This document shows, piece by piece, positions 1-7,493 of a DNA stretch of 50,689 nt. Under the pieces are notes generated by a model, which did no database searches, had not been told where the DNA came from, and saw nothing but the letters and a program-made list of their open reading frames with translations. The stretch is from positions 1-50,689 of the forward strand of contig DASRIY010000060.1 of NCBI GenBank assembly GCA_035649755.1, given 5' to 3'. The position numbers and the translations under genes are program-made. Position 1 is the stretch's first letter; each line of letters starts with the position of its first letter. The stretch comes from Candidatus Methylomirabilota bacterium. Its GTDB lineage: Bacteria; Methylomirabilota; Methylomirabilia; Rokubacteriales; CSP1-6.

Positions 1-77
1 CTCTGCGTGTAGAGATAGCCGAGGACGGCCCCCCCGGCCAGCAACGAGACAACGACGACCGGCACGATGCGTCTCAT
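1..77 (-). CDS. 5' end of a membrane-anchored protein (partial, runs off the window); possibly the periplasmic adaptor of the adjacent efflux system
   Basis: ATG at 77 (minus) reads MRRIVPVVVVSLLAGGAVLGYLYTQ, a single N-terminal TM helix, 44 nt downstream of the TolC-like stop. Function is inferred from position only. Confidence 0.3.
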   Translation of the reverse strand, partial: MRRIVPVVVVSLLAGGAVLGYLYTQ

Positions 78-120
78 CACTAGCTTAGACGCCGCCACCG
101 TCCGGCCTGTTTCTCTGCCC

Positions 121-1557
121 TCAGCGGCGGCCGACCGCGCGATCCAGCCGGGCCAGGGAGATCCGATAGTCGGCGAGCGCCTGGCTCTCGGTATTCTGGG
201 CCTGGGTCAGGGCGAGCTGGGCGTCCGTCAATTCGAGAATGGTGCCGACGCCGGCGTCGAACCGGCCCTGCGCGAGGCGGAAGTTCTCCTGGGCGGAAGC
301 GACCAGCGCCTGCGCGGCCAGGATCCGCTCCGCGGCCTCCTCGACCGCGATCTCCGCCTGCTCGACGTTCTGGATGACGTTCAGCTCGGTCGATTTCACG
401 GCGGCCTTGGCGCTTTCGAACAAGGCCTTTGACTCCTGATAGCGCGCGATGCGACCGCCTCCGTCGAACAGGGGCCAGTTCAACGTGACGCCGACCGACC
501 ACGCCTCGTTGAGATCCTTCTGGGTGCCGCCGTACGCCCCCTGGCCCGTGACGTCGGGGAAGAAGTCGCGGAAGGCCTTGCGCTCCCTGGCCTCGGCGGC
601 GGCAGCCGTGAGCTTGGCGCTGCGGTACTCCGGTCGCTGGCGGAGCGAATCGGCGCGGAGCTGCTGGCGGTCGAGGCTCACCGGCTGGTAGACGAGGTTG
701 TCCACGATCTGGGTCGGCGAGTCCACGTTGATCGCCATCGCGGTGTTGAGCGCGACGATGGCGGTTCGCAGAGCGTTCTTCGCTCGGATCAGGTCGAGCT
801 TGGCGTTCGCCACGTCGACCTCGGCGCGCGCCACGTCCGATTTCGGGCGCGTGCCGACCTCGAAGAACCCCTTCGCCGAGCGCAGGTTCAGCTCGGCGCG
901 CTCCTGGGCCTGCTCTTGCACCCGAATCAAGCGCTGGCTGAAGAGCGTGTTCGTGTACGCTTCCTTCACCGTGGCCGAGATCAGCTGCCGCTGCAGCTCG
1001 ACGTTCTCGACCTCGACCTCGGCGAGCTTCCGCCGGCCCTCGGTTTCCGCGAGATTCTTGCCGAAATCGAAGAGGAGCTGAGAGAGCAGGATCTGGGCCG
1101 TGAAGGTGTCGCCCCACTGGCGGTCCTGCAGAGTGGGGATGCCGCCGCCGCTGCCGGAGAGCACGGTGTTATGGCTCCGGTTGGCACTGACCTGACCGGT
1201 GAACTGAGGCAGGAGCGGCGCGAAGGCCTGATTCACCCGATAACGCGCCGCCGCGTAGTTGGCCAACCGTTCCTGGATCGTCGGCTGCCCCTCGAGCGCG
1301 ATCGCGATGCACTCTTCGAGCGTCAGAGCGCGGCCGGTGATCTGCGTCGGTTGGCCCGGCGTCTGAGTCTGAGTTGACGGTGTCGGCATCTGCGTGGACG
1401 GCGCCGGCGATGCTGGTGATGGCGCAGGAGTGGACGGTTGCGGTGTTTGCGACGGCTGCGGCGGCGGTGGTGGAGTCGTCTGGGCGCGCGCAGCATCGTG
1501 AACGAGTGCGAAGACGAGCGCCAGCGCGATCGGCATGATGATCGTAGGACGGGCCAT
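121..1557 (-). CDS. TolC-family outer membrane efflux protein with a Pro/Thr/Gln-rich N-terminal linker
   Basis: ORF 121..1635. The two-repeat OEP-type sequence (LTLEECIAIALEGQPTIQ..., LDRAVGRR at the C-terminus) is typical of TolC/OprM-family proteins. Start moved to ATG 1557 because MARPTIIMPIALALVFALVHDAARAQ is a good signal peptide. Confidence 0.85.
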   Translation of the reverse strand: MARPTIIMPIALALVFALVHDAARAQTTPPPPPQPSQTPQPSTPAPSPASPAPSTQMPTPSTQTQTPGQPTQITGRALTLEECIAIALEGQPTIQERLANYAAARYRVNQAFAPLLPQFTGQVSANRSHNTVLSGSGGGIPTLQDRQWGDTFTAQILLSQLLFDFGKNLAETEGRRKLAEVEVENVELQRQLISATVKEAYTNTLFSQRLIRVQEQAQERAELNLRSAKGFFEVGTRPKSDVARAEVDVANAKLDLIRAKNALRTAIVALNTAMAINVDSPTQIVDNLVYQPVSLDRQQLRADSLRQRPEYRSAKLTAAAAEARERKAFRDFFPDVTGQGAYGGTQKDLNEAWSVGVTLNWPLFDGGGRIARYQESKALFESAKAAVKSTELNVIQNVEQAEIAVEEAAERILAAQALVASAQENFRLAQGRFDAGVGTILELTDAQLALTQAQNTESQALADYRISLARLDRAVGRR

Positions 1558-1565
1558 GGCGCACA

Positions 1566-1574
1566 AGAATACCA
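1566..1574 (-). promoter_or_regulatory. Extended -10 element (TGgTATTCT) for the tolC-like gene, 8 nt from its ATG
   Basis: The minus strand reads actgcgTGgTATTCTtgtgcgccATG, with no Shine-Dalgarno between box and ATG. This implies a leaderless or near-leaderless transcript. Confidence 0.4.
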
Positions 1575-1603
1575 CGCAGTGCGTGAGCCCCGGGACGCGC
1601 GCG

Positions 1604-1636
1604 CGGTGGACAGACGGTGGACAGGCGGTGGACACA
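1604..1636. repeat. Three head-to-tail 11-bp direct repeats, CGGTGGACAnn
   Basis: Read directly: cggtggacaga / cggtggacagg / cggtggacaca at 1604, 1615 and 1626, in the divergent tolC-like/nrdJ intergenic region. Confidence 0.9.
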
Positions 1637-1643
1637 TTTTTTC

Positions 1644-1674
1644 TTGACGCCCGCTAGATTCAGCGTGCTAGATT
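1644..1674 (+). promoter_or_regulatory. Candidate sigma-70 promoter of nrdJ (TTGACG, 19-nt spacer, TGcTAGATT extended -10)
   Basis: TTGACG at 1644-1649 and TG at 1666-1667 followed by TAGATT at 1669-1674. It lies in the AT-richer stretch upstream of nrdJ. Confidence 0.45.
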
Positions 1675-1697
1675 GCCGCTCACCACTAGATATAGTG
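1652..1697 (+). promoter_or_regulatory. Tandem NrdR-box-like palindromes (CGCTAGATTCAGCG and CACTAGATATAGTG), starts 32 bp apart
   Basis: The second box matches the NrdR core CACwAtATaTwGTG, as I recall it, at 13 of 14 positions. The first is weaker (9 of 14) but palindromic. The three-helical-turn spacing and overlap with an RNR promoter fit known NrdR operators. Confidence 0.55.
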
Positions 1698-1748
1698 AAG
1701 TCAGGGGTTCTCTCATTGAAAGAAGCCGGTGACGGGAGGAGGAGCGGA

Positions 1749-4040
1749 ATGCTGTCTGAGACTCGCCCAGCGAAGGTCGGCAAGTGGACCGAACCAGCCC
1801 TGCGGATCCTCCGGGAGCGCTACCTCATGCGCCAGGGAGGCGAGGTCGTCGAGACCCCGGAGGAGATGTGCTGGCGGGTGGCACTGACGATCGCGACGGG
1901 TGAGGCACGGTACGGCCGAAGCGACGCGGCAGTCCGCGAGGTCGCGGCTGCCTTCTACGACATCATGATCGAGGGCGAATTTCTCCCGAACTCGCCGACC
2001 CTGATGAACGCCGGGAAGGGTAACGGCCTGCAGTACTCGGCCTGTTACGTCCTGCCGGTCGGCGACTCGATGGAGGAGATCTTCGACTCGGTGAAGGCCG
2101 CCGCGATCATCCACAAGTCGGGCGGCGGGACGGGCTTCGCGTTCTCCCGGCTGCGTCCCAAGGACGACATCGTCGCCTCGACCGGCGGCCGCGCCTCGGG
2201 CCCGGTCTCGTTCCTGCGTGTCTTCAACGGGGCGACAGAGGCGGTGAAGCAGGGCGGTACCCGCCGCGGCGCGAACATGGGAATTCTCCGCGTCGACCAC
2301 CCGGACATCCTGGAGTTCATCGACTGCAAGCTCGACGGCGGCATCACGAACTTCAACATCTCCGTGGCGGCGACCGACAAGTTCATGGACGCCCTGGCCG
2401 CCGGCGGCGAGTACGACCTGATCAACCCGCACAGCGGCGCCGTGACGGGACGGCTCTCGGCCAAGGAGGTCTTCGACCGCATGGTCCGGGCCGCGTGGCG
2501 GACGGGCGATCCGGGCATGGTCTTCATCGACCGGATCAACGCCAGCCCCGCCAACCCCACGCCCGAGATCGGCGTGGTCGAGGCGACGAACCCGTGCGGC
2601 GAGCAGCCGCTCCTGCCCAACGAGGCGTGCAACCTCGGCTCGCTCAACGTGTCGAAGTTCGCGCGCCGGAGCGAGACGGGCGAGTGGTCGGTCGACTGGG
2701 ACGAGATGGAGCGGGTGGTGCGGCTCTCCGTGCGGTTCCTCGACGACGTCATCGAGATGAACCCGTACCCGCTGCCGCAGATCGACGACACCGTGAAGGC
2801 CAACCGCCGCATCGGCCTGGGCATCATGGGCTGGGCCGACCTGCTCTTCACGATGGGTATCCCGTACGACAGCACCCAGGCGATCGAGCTCGCCACGCGG
2901 CTCATGGCCTTCGTGAAGGAGAAGTCGCACGATCAGTCGGCGAAGCTCGCCGAGGAGCGCGGGCCGTTCCCGAACTGGGAGCGTTCGATCTACAAGCACG
3001 GGCGGCCCATGCGTAACTCGACGGTCACGACGATCGCGCCCACCGGCACGATCTCGATGATCGCCGGCTGCTCCTCGGGCGTCGAGCCGATCTTCGCGCT
3101 CGCGTTCGAGCATCGCGTGAAGCAGCCCGACGGCGAGCGCGTCCTGACGTTCGTCAACGAGACGTTCGAGCGGATCGCGAAGGACCAGGGGTTCTACTCG
3201 GGTGCCTTGATGCAGGAGATCGTCAAACGGGGCTCGCTGCACGGCATCCCCGGGCTCCCCGAGCGCGCGGCGCAGGTCTTCAAGACTTCGCACGAGATCG
3301 GCTTCGAGTGGCACGTGCGCCATCAAGCCGCGTTCCAGCGCTCCACCGACAATGGCGTCTCGAAGACGATCAACCTGCCCAACAGCGCCACCGAGGACGA
3401 CGTGACGCGCGCCTACAAGCTCGCGTGGGAGCTCGGGTGCATCGGCATCACCGTGTTCCGCGACGGCTGCAAGGGCGAACAGGTCCTGAACATCGGCGTC
3501 TCGGCGAAGAAGGACAAGGCCGCGGCGACGACGGCGACGGGCTCGCCCGTCATCAAGCCCCGGCCTCGTAGCCTGAAGGGTTCGACCTACCGTACCCAGA
3601 CGCCGATCGGCACGGCGTGGATCACCATCACCGAGAACGAGGAGCACGAGCCCTTCGAGGTCTTCGTCCAGGTCGGCAAGGGCGGATCGGACACGATGGC
3701 GGTGGCCGAGGCCCTCGGGCGCCTGATTTCGCTCATCCTGAGGCTGCCTTCGCCGCTCTCGGCTCAGCGGCGGCTCGAAGAGGTCATCGGCCAGCTCTCG
3801 CGGATTGGCGGCGGTCAGCCGACGGGCTTCGGACCCGCCAAGATCCTCTCGCTGCCCGACGCTCTGTCGCGGACGCTCGCCGAGCACATCGGCGAGGTGA
3901 AGCCCGGACCCGAGGCGCTGGTCGCCGCCACCGAGTCGCGAAAGCAGATCGGCGACCTCTGCAAGGAGTGCGGGCAGGCGACCTTCGTGTACGAGGAAGG
4001 CTGCAAGAAGTGCCTGTCGTGCGGCTTCAACGAGTGCTGA
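1749..4040 (+). CDS. nrdJ: Adenosylcobalamin-dependent (class II) ribonucleotide reductase
   Basis: ORF 1617..4040; start set at ATG 1749, preceded by GGAGGAGG. Motifs LPNSPTLMNAG, NPCGEQPL and TIAPTGTIS, plus the C-terminal Cys cluster CKECG...CKKCLSCG typical of NrdJ. Confidence 0.93.
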   Translation: MLSETRPAKVGKWTEPALRILRERYLMRQGGEVVETPEEMCWRVALTIATGEARYGRSDAAVREVAAAFYDIMIEGEFLPNSPTLMNAGKGNGLQYSACYVLPVGDSMEEIFDSVKAAAIIHKSGGGTGFAFSRLRPKDDIVASTGGRASGPVSFLRVFNGATEAVKQGGTRRGANMGILRVDHPDILEFIDCKLDGGITNFNISVAATDKFMDALAAGGEYDLINPHSGAVTGRLSAKEVFDRMVRAAWRTGDPGMVFIDRINASPANPTPEIGVVEATNPCGEQPLLPNEACNLGSLNVSKFARRSETGEWSVDWDEMERVVRLSVRFLDDVIEMNPYPLPQIDDTVKANRRIGLGIMGWADLLFTMGIPYDSTQAIELATRLMAFVKEKSHDQSAKLAEERGPFPNWERSIYKHGRPMRNSTVTTIAPTGTISMIAGCSSGVEPIFALAFEHRVKQPDGERVLTFVNETFERIAKDQGFYSGALMQEIVKRGSLHGIPGLPERAAQVFKTSHEIGFEWHVRHQAAFQRSTDNGVSKTINLPNSATEDDVTRAYKLAWELGCIGITVFRDGCKGEQVLNIGVSAKKDKAAATTATGSPVIKPRPRSLKGSTYRTQTPIGTAWITITENEEHEPFEVFVQVGKGGSDTMAVAEALGRLISLILRLPSPLSAQRRLEEVIGQLSRIGGGQPTGFGPAKILSLPDALSRTLAEHIGEVKPGPEALVAATESRKQIGDLCKECGQATFVYEEGCKKCLSCGFNEC

Positions 4041-4059
4041 TCCCGATTGAATGACTCCG

Positions 4060-4087
4060 CTCGGGGGACCGGCCGCGGTTCCCCGAG
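4060..4087 (+). terminator. GC-rich hairpin after nrdJ (no U-tract)
   Basis: ctcgggg (4060-4066) pairs with ccccgag (4081-4087), with an inner accg/cggt pairing. No T-run follows, so terminator function is uncertain. Confidence 0.3.
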
Positions 4088-4119
4088 CCCTCGATTGTCG
4101 CCGATCCCGCCGCCCCCGA

Positions 4120-4127
4120 TGTAGAAT
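4120..4127 (+). promoter_or_regulatory. -10-like box TGTAGAAT, 6 nt upstream of the GTG at 4134
   Basis: gaTGTAGAATgccggcGTG. No SD is present and the spacing would place the TSS at or next to the start codon. Confidence 0.4.
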
Positions 4128-4133
4128 GCCGGC

Positions 4134-4436
4134 GTGTTCTCGGGCGGCACGTATCACGAGGTTGCGCGCTGGCTCTGGAACTTCCTGACCGCCCACGCCA
4201 AGCGGGTCGACCCGCGCGTCGAAGTCGCGTTCGAGGACGACGACCATCGGGAAGGGAAGTCCTACGGCGCGCGACTGCGGTTCGGCCGCCATCTCGGAGC
4301 GCCCATCGAGCTCGCCTTCCGTGAGGTCGCGGACAATCGCGGGAGCCTCGTCTGGTGCAGCCGGCTGGCCGAGCGCACGCGGACGCTGGCCCGCGAGGTC
4401 ATCGATCAGGGAGTAGCCGACGCCCGATCCGGCTAG
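4134..4436 (+). CDS. Hypothetical small protein (100 aa)
   Basis: ORF with the high GC3 codon pattern of the neighbouring genes. It fills the nrdJ-permease gap exactly. I recognise no family. Confidence 0.55.
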   Translation: MFSGGTYHEVARWLWNFLTAHAKRVDPRVEVAFEDDDHREGKSYGARLRFGRHLGAPIELAFREVADNRGSLVWCSRLAERTRTLAREVIDQGVADARSG

Positions 4437-4452
4437 CTCGCGCCCGCGCTGG

Positions 4453-5961
4453 GTGCGAGCCGGGGACCTCAACGGCTTCCTCGGCCTCGCCCTCGACAAC
4501 GTCACCCAGCTCGTCATCCTCGCGTCCCTTCTGATTGGCGTCTTCAAGTTCCCGGCCGACCTCGTCCTGCAGCGGATGGTTCCCGGCACCGCCCTCGGCG
4601 TACTGGCCGGAGACCTCGCTTATACCTGGCTCGCCGTACGGCTCATGCGCCGGACCGGACGCGGGGACGTCACTGCGATGCCGTTCGGCATCGACACGCC
4701 GACCTTGTTCGCGATGGTCTTCGGCGTGCTCGGACCGGTGATGCTCGCGACGGGTGATCCGGTCCTGGCATGGCAGGTGGGCATGGCGGCGACGGTCGCA
4801 ATCGGCGTGGCCAAGCTGGGGCTCGCGTTCGGAGGCGACTGGGCGCGCCGCGTCGTCCCGCGTGCGGCGCTGCTCGGCTCCATCGCCGGAATCGCGATCT
4901 TGCTAATCGCGTTCCTCGCGACGCTCAAGATCATGCGCGATCCGCCGGTCGGCCTCGTCGCCCTCATCGTCCTGCTGCTGGCGCTCTTCGGGCGCGTGCG
5001 CATGCCGTTCGGACTTCCGGGGGCGCTCGCCTCGGCGCTCGCGGGTACGCTGATCTTCTGGGGCCGCGCCTGGCTCGACCTCGGCCCGGGCGCCATGATC
5101 GCCGCCGGACCGCTCCGCGCGGCGCTGCCGTGGCCGACGCTCGGCTGGATTGACGCGCTCTCGGCGACGCTTCCGTATCTGTCGATCGCGCTGCCATTCG
5201 CGCTCGTCACGACCATCGGAGGAATCGACAACACCGAGAGCGCGGCGGCGGCCGGCGACGAATATCGCACGCGTGACATCCTGCTGACCGAGGCCGCGGC
5301 GACGATCCTCGCCGGATGCTGTGGCGGGGTCGTCCAGAACACGCCCTACATCGGCCACCCCGCGTACAAGGCGATGGGCGCCCGCGCCGGGTACACGCTG
5401 GCGACCGGCATCGTGATCGGCGTGGGCGCGGCGGCGGGCGTCCTGTCGGTCCTGGTCGCGGTGCTGCCCGAAGCGGCGATCGCGCCCATTCTGGTCTTCA
5501 TCGGGCTCGAGATCACGGCTCAGGGATTCCTCGCGACCCCGCAACGGCACGGCGCCGCGGTCGCGCTCACGTTCGTGCCGGTAGCGGCCGCCGTCGTGCT
5601 GATCGAAACGGGAACGCTCTTCTCGGCGCTGGGCGCCTCGCCGGCTGCCCTCGGCGGTGAGGCCGCGCTCGGCTACCAGGCCCTCCTCCTCCTCGGCAAT
5701 GGGTTCATCCTGACCGCGGTTCTCTGGGGATGGGCGCTGGCGTCGATCATCGACGGCCGACTGGGGACGGCCGGGGTCCTCTTCGTTGTTGCGAGCCTCG
5801 CCGCGCTCTTCGGCGTGATCCATTCGCCGCTCGCCACGGGCGCGCTCTTCTGGCCGTGGGCGGCGCACTCGGCGATGCCGGCGCGGCTGGCCGGCGCCTA
5901 CGGGGTCCTGGCCGCGCTCGCGTGGCTCGCCGGAACACGCGCGCGTCGAATAACTGCTTGA
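4453..5961 (+). CDS. Polytopic permease, probably NCS2/AzgA-like (xanthine/uracil/vitamin C permease superfamily)
   Basis: 502-aa, highly hydrophobic multi-TM protein. The N-terminal DLNGFLGLALDNVTQLVIL...VTAMPFGIDTP resembles proteins annotated as xanthine/uracil/vitamin C permeases. The family assignment is from memory. Confidence 0.6.
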   Translation: MRAGDLNGFLGLALDNVTQLVILASLLIGVFKFPADLVLQRMVPGTALGVLAGDLAYTWLAVRLMRRTGRGDVTAMPFGIDTPTLFAMVFGVLGPVMLATGDPVLAWQVGMAATVAIGVAKLGLAFGGDWARRVVPRAALLGSIAGIAILLIAFLATLKIMRDPPVGLVALIVLLLALFGRVRMPFGLPGALASALAGTLIFWGRAWLDLGPGAMIAAGPLRAALPWPTLGWIDALSATLPYLSIALPFALVTTIGGIDNTESAAAAGDEYRTRDILLTEAAATILAGCCGGVVQNTPYIGHPAYKAMGARAGYTLATGIVIGVGAAAGVLSVLVAVLPEAAIAPILVFIGLEITAQGFLATPQRHGAAVALTFVPVAAAVVLIETGTLFSALGASPAALGGEAALGYQALLLLGNGFILTAVLWGWALASIIDGRLGTAGVLFVVASLAALFGVIHSPLATGALFWPWAAHSAMPARLAGAYGVLAALAWLAGTRARRITA

Positions 5962-5987
5962 CCTCGTTCGTCTGAGGAGTGTTAAAT
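5958..5987 (+). promoter_or_regulatory. Candidate promoter of the cytochrome c gene (TTGACC-N18-TTAAAT, preceded by TG)
   Basis: TTGACC at 5958-5963 overlaps the permease stop codon. TGTTAAAT lies at 5980-5987. Confidence 0.4.
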
Positions 5988-5999
5988 GGCTTCGTTATT

Positions 6000-6015
6000 T
6001 GTGAACGACATCACG
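6000..6015. promoter_or_regulatory. CRP/FNR-family-type palindrome TGTGA-N6-TCACG
   Basis: tGTGAacgacaTCACg matches TGTGA-N6-TCACA at 9 of 10 positions, about 40 nt upstream of the cytochrome c ATG. Confidence 0.4.
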
Positions 6016-6054
6016 ATGTTCGACCGCGCGAGCCGTAACGCGAGAGGAGGCGTC

Positions 6055-6456
6055 ATGAGCCCGTTCTGGAAGTCGCTGAGCATAGCCGTCACCGCGGTCC
6101 CGCTACTCGCTTGGGCCGGCGTGACGGCGGTCTCCGCCCAGGGGCCGTGGGTGGCGCCGGCGGACGCCAAGGCGACGAAGAATCCGGTGAAGGGTATCGG
6201 GAACGCAAAGAAGACGGTCGAGACGAACTGCGTCTCGTGCCACGGGGCCTCCGGCAAGGGCGACGGACCCGCGGCGGCGGCGCTGCCTCCGCCGAAGCCG
6301 GCCAACTGGACGTCGCCGGCGATCCAAAAGGAGACCGACGGCGAGCTCTTCTGGAAGATCTCGAACGGGCGCGGCGCGATGCCGCCCTGGAAGCACCTGC
6401 CAGAGCAGGAACGCTGGGAGGTCGTGAACTACATCCGGACCCTGAAGGGAAAGTAG
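6055..6456 (+). CDS. Periplasmic mono-haem c-type cytochrome (class I)
   Basis: CVSCHG haem-binding motif and distal Met region GRGAMPPW. Start set at ATG 6055, preceded by GAGAGGAGG, which gives the signal peptide MSPFWKSLSIAVTAVPLLAWAGVTAVSAQG. Confidence 0.85.
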   Translation: MSPFWKSLSIAVTAVPLLAWAGVTAVSAQGPWVAPADAKATKNPVKGIGNAKKTVETNCVSCHGASGKGDGPAAAALPPPKPANWTSPAIQKETDGELFWKISNGRGAMPPWKHLPEQERWEVVNYIRTLKGK

Positions 6457-6478
6457 CCGCTTCGCCTTCTCGACTCAA

Positions 6479-6512
6479 ACGCCCCGCCGGCGTGTCCGGC
6501 GGGGCGTTTTCG
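6479..6512 (+). terminator. Rho-independent terminator after the cytochrome c gene
   Basis: Perfect 12-bp stem: acgccccgccgg / loop cgtgt / ccggcggggcgt, followed by TTTT. Confidence 0.8.
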
Positions 6513-6521
6513 CGCTGACGC

Positions 6522-7451
6522 GTGCGGCTCGCCACGATCGACGTCGGTAGCAACACCGTGCGACTGCTGGTCGCCGACGTGCTCCACCCGGCGAGCTGGC
6601 GGCTCGTCGACCAGGACCAGACAGTGACCCGCCTCGGCGAGGGCCTGGCCCACTCGGGCCGGCTTGGCGAGGCGCCGATGGCACGCACGCTCGCCGCCGT
6701 GCGCGCCTACGTCGAGCGCGGCGCCGGACTCGGCGCGCGCGATGTGCACATCGTAGCGACCAGCGCCGTCCGCGAGGCATCCAACGGCCGCGCGTTCGCA
6801 ACGGCCATCGAAGCGGCGACCGGCCGGCGGGTCGAGGTCGTGAGCGGCGAGACGGAGGCCCGTCTCACGCTGCGCGGCGTGCAAAGCGCGCTCGGCGAGC
6901 TCGCCGGCAGCATGCTCACGTTCGACATCGGCGGCGGCAGCACGGAGTACGTGCTGGCCGAGGGCGACTCGATCCGGTCGATGGCAAGCCTGCGATTGGG
7001 CGTCGTGCCGCTGGCGGAACGCTTTCCGTTCCCGGGCCCGGTGGACGCGCCACGCTATCGGGCGCTGTGCGACGAGATCCGCGCCCGCCTCGACGGCGAG
7101 CTGCCCGCGGCCATCCGCACCGCCCGCGTCGGCCACCTCGTGGGCACGGCCGGCACGGTGACGACGCTGGCGGCCCTCGACCTGGGCCTCGTCCGCTACG
7201 ACGGCGCGCGGGTACAGGGCCACGTGCTGAGCCGGGCCGCCGTCGACGGGCTCGCGGCCCGGCTGGGCCGGCTCACCGTCGCCGAGCGCGCCGCGCTTCC
7301 GTGTCTGGAGCCGGGCCGGGCGGACCTGATCGTTCCGGGCACCGCGATCGTCACGGTGACCATGGACCTGGCGCGCCTCGAACGCCTGAAGGTAAGTGAC
7401 TACGGGCTGCGCGAGGGCCTGCTGCTGGAGGCGATAAAGGGCCGATCGTGA
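6522..7451 (+). CDS. ppx: Ppx/GppA-family phosphatase (short, two-domain form)
   Basis: IDVGSNTVRLLVA and DIGGGSTE ASKHA-fold motifs; 309 aa; GTG start. Confidence 0.85.
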   Translation: MRLATIDVGSNTVRLLVADVLHPASWRLVDQDQTVTRLGEGLAHSGRLGEAPMARTLAAVRAYVERGAGLGARDVHIVATSAVREASNGRAFATAIEAATGRRVEVVSGETEARLTLRGVQSALGELAGSMLTFDIGGGSTEYVLAEGDSIRSMASLRLGVVPLAERFPFPGPVDAPRYRALCDEIRARLDGELPAAIRTARVGHLVGTAGTVTTLAALDLGLVRYDGARVQGHVLSRAAVDGLAARLGRLTVAERAALPCLEPGRADLIVPGTAIVTVTMDLARLERLKVSDYGLREGLLLEAIKGRS

Positions 7452-7452
7452 T

Positions 7453-7481
7453 TTGACACTCCGGGAGGCGACGACTAGACT
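7453..7481 (+). promoter_or_regulatory. Near-consensus sigma-70 promoter TTGACA-N17-TAGACT, 12 nt upstream of the HNH gene ATG
   Basis: TTGACA at 7453-7458, an exact 17-nt spacer, and TAGACT at 7476-7481. No SD precedes ATG 7494. Confidence 0.6.
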
Positions 7482-7493
7482 AGCTCGGTAAGT

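Noticed and set aside
80-1117. 345-aa Arg-rich ORF in an alternate minus-strand frame over the tolC-like gene, plus several plus-strand ORFs in 67..1377
   Set aside because: They overlap the TolC-family frame, which has clear homology. Their compositions (runs of R, G, P, A) are typical of off-frame translation.
1604-1636. CRISPR array (also considered for the 9-bp tandem at 17970-17987)
   Set aside because: The units are 11 bp and 9 bp, directly abutting without spacers, with only 3 and 2 copies. No cas genes are present.
1558-1748. Cobalamin riboswitch upstream of the B12-dependent nrdJ. Likewise a SAM-class riboswitch upstream of metK (33137-33204)
   Set aside because: The predicted leaders (about 70 nt and about 40 nt) are too short for a cobalamin or SAM-I aptamer, and I see no B12-box-like or SAM-II-like conserved strings. 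Only an Rfam covariance search could exclude small classes definitively.
3308-3325. Other TGGCAC hits (near 3308, 31091, 45618, 48871) as sigma-54 promoters
   Set aside because: All are inside coding regions, and at best approximate (gCTGC near 48871) rather than match a TTGC -12 element at the required spacing.
1749-4040. Possible intein or mobile insertion in the ribonucleotide reductase gene
   Set aside because: The length (763 aa) and uninterrupted conserved motifs fit an intact monomeric class II RNR. There is no Cys/Ser...HN splice-junction block.
1713-4589. 958-aa ORF on the minus strand, antisense to nrdJ and the small ORF
   Set aside because: It fully overlaps a strongly recognisable nrdJ. 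The translation is Arg/Ala/Gly/Pro-rich with no motifs. Long stop-free antisense frames are expected in very GC-rich coding DNA.
5986-6054. ATG 5986 as the start of the cytochrome c gene
   Set aside because: It lies at or upstream of the predicted TSS and lacks an SD. ATG 6055 has GAGAGGAGG and yields a proper signal peptide.
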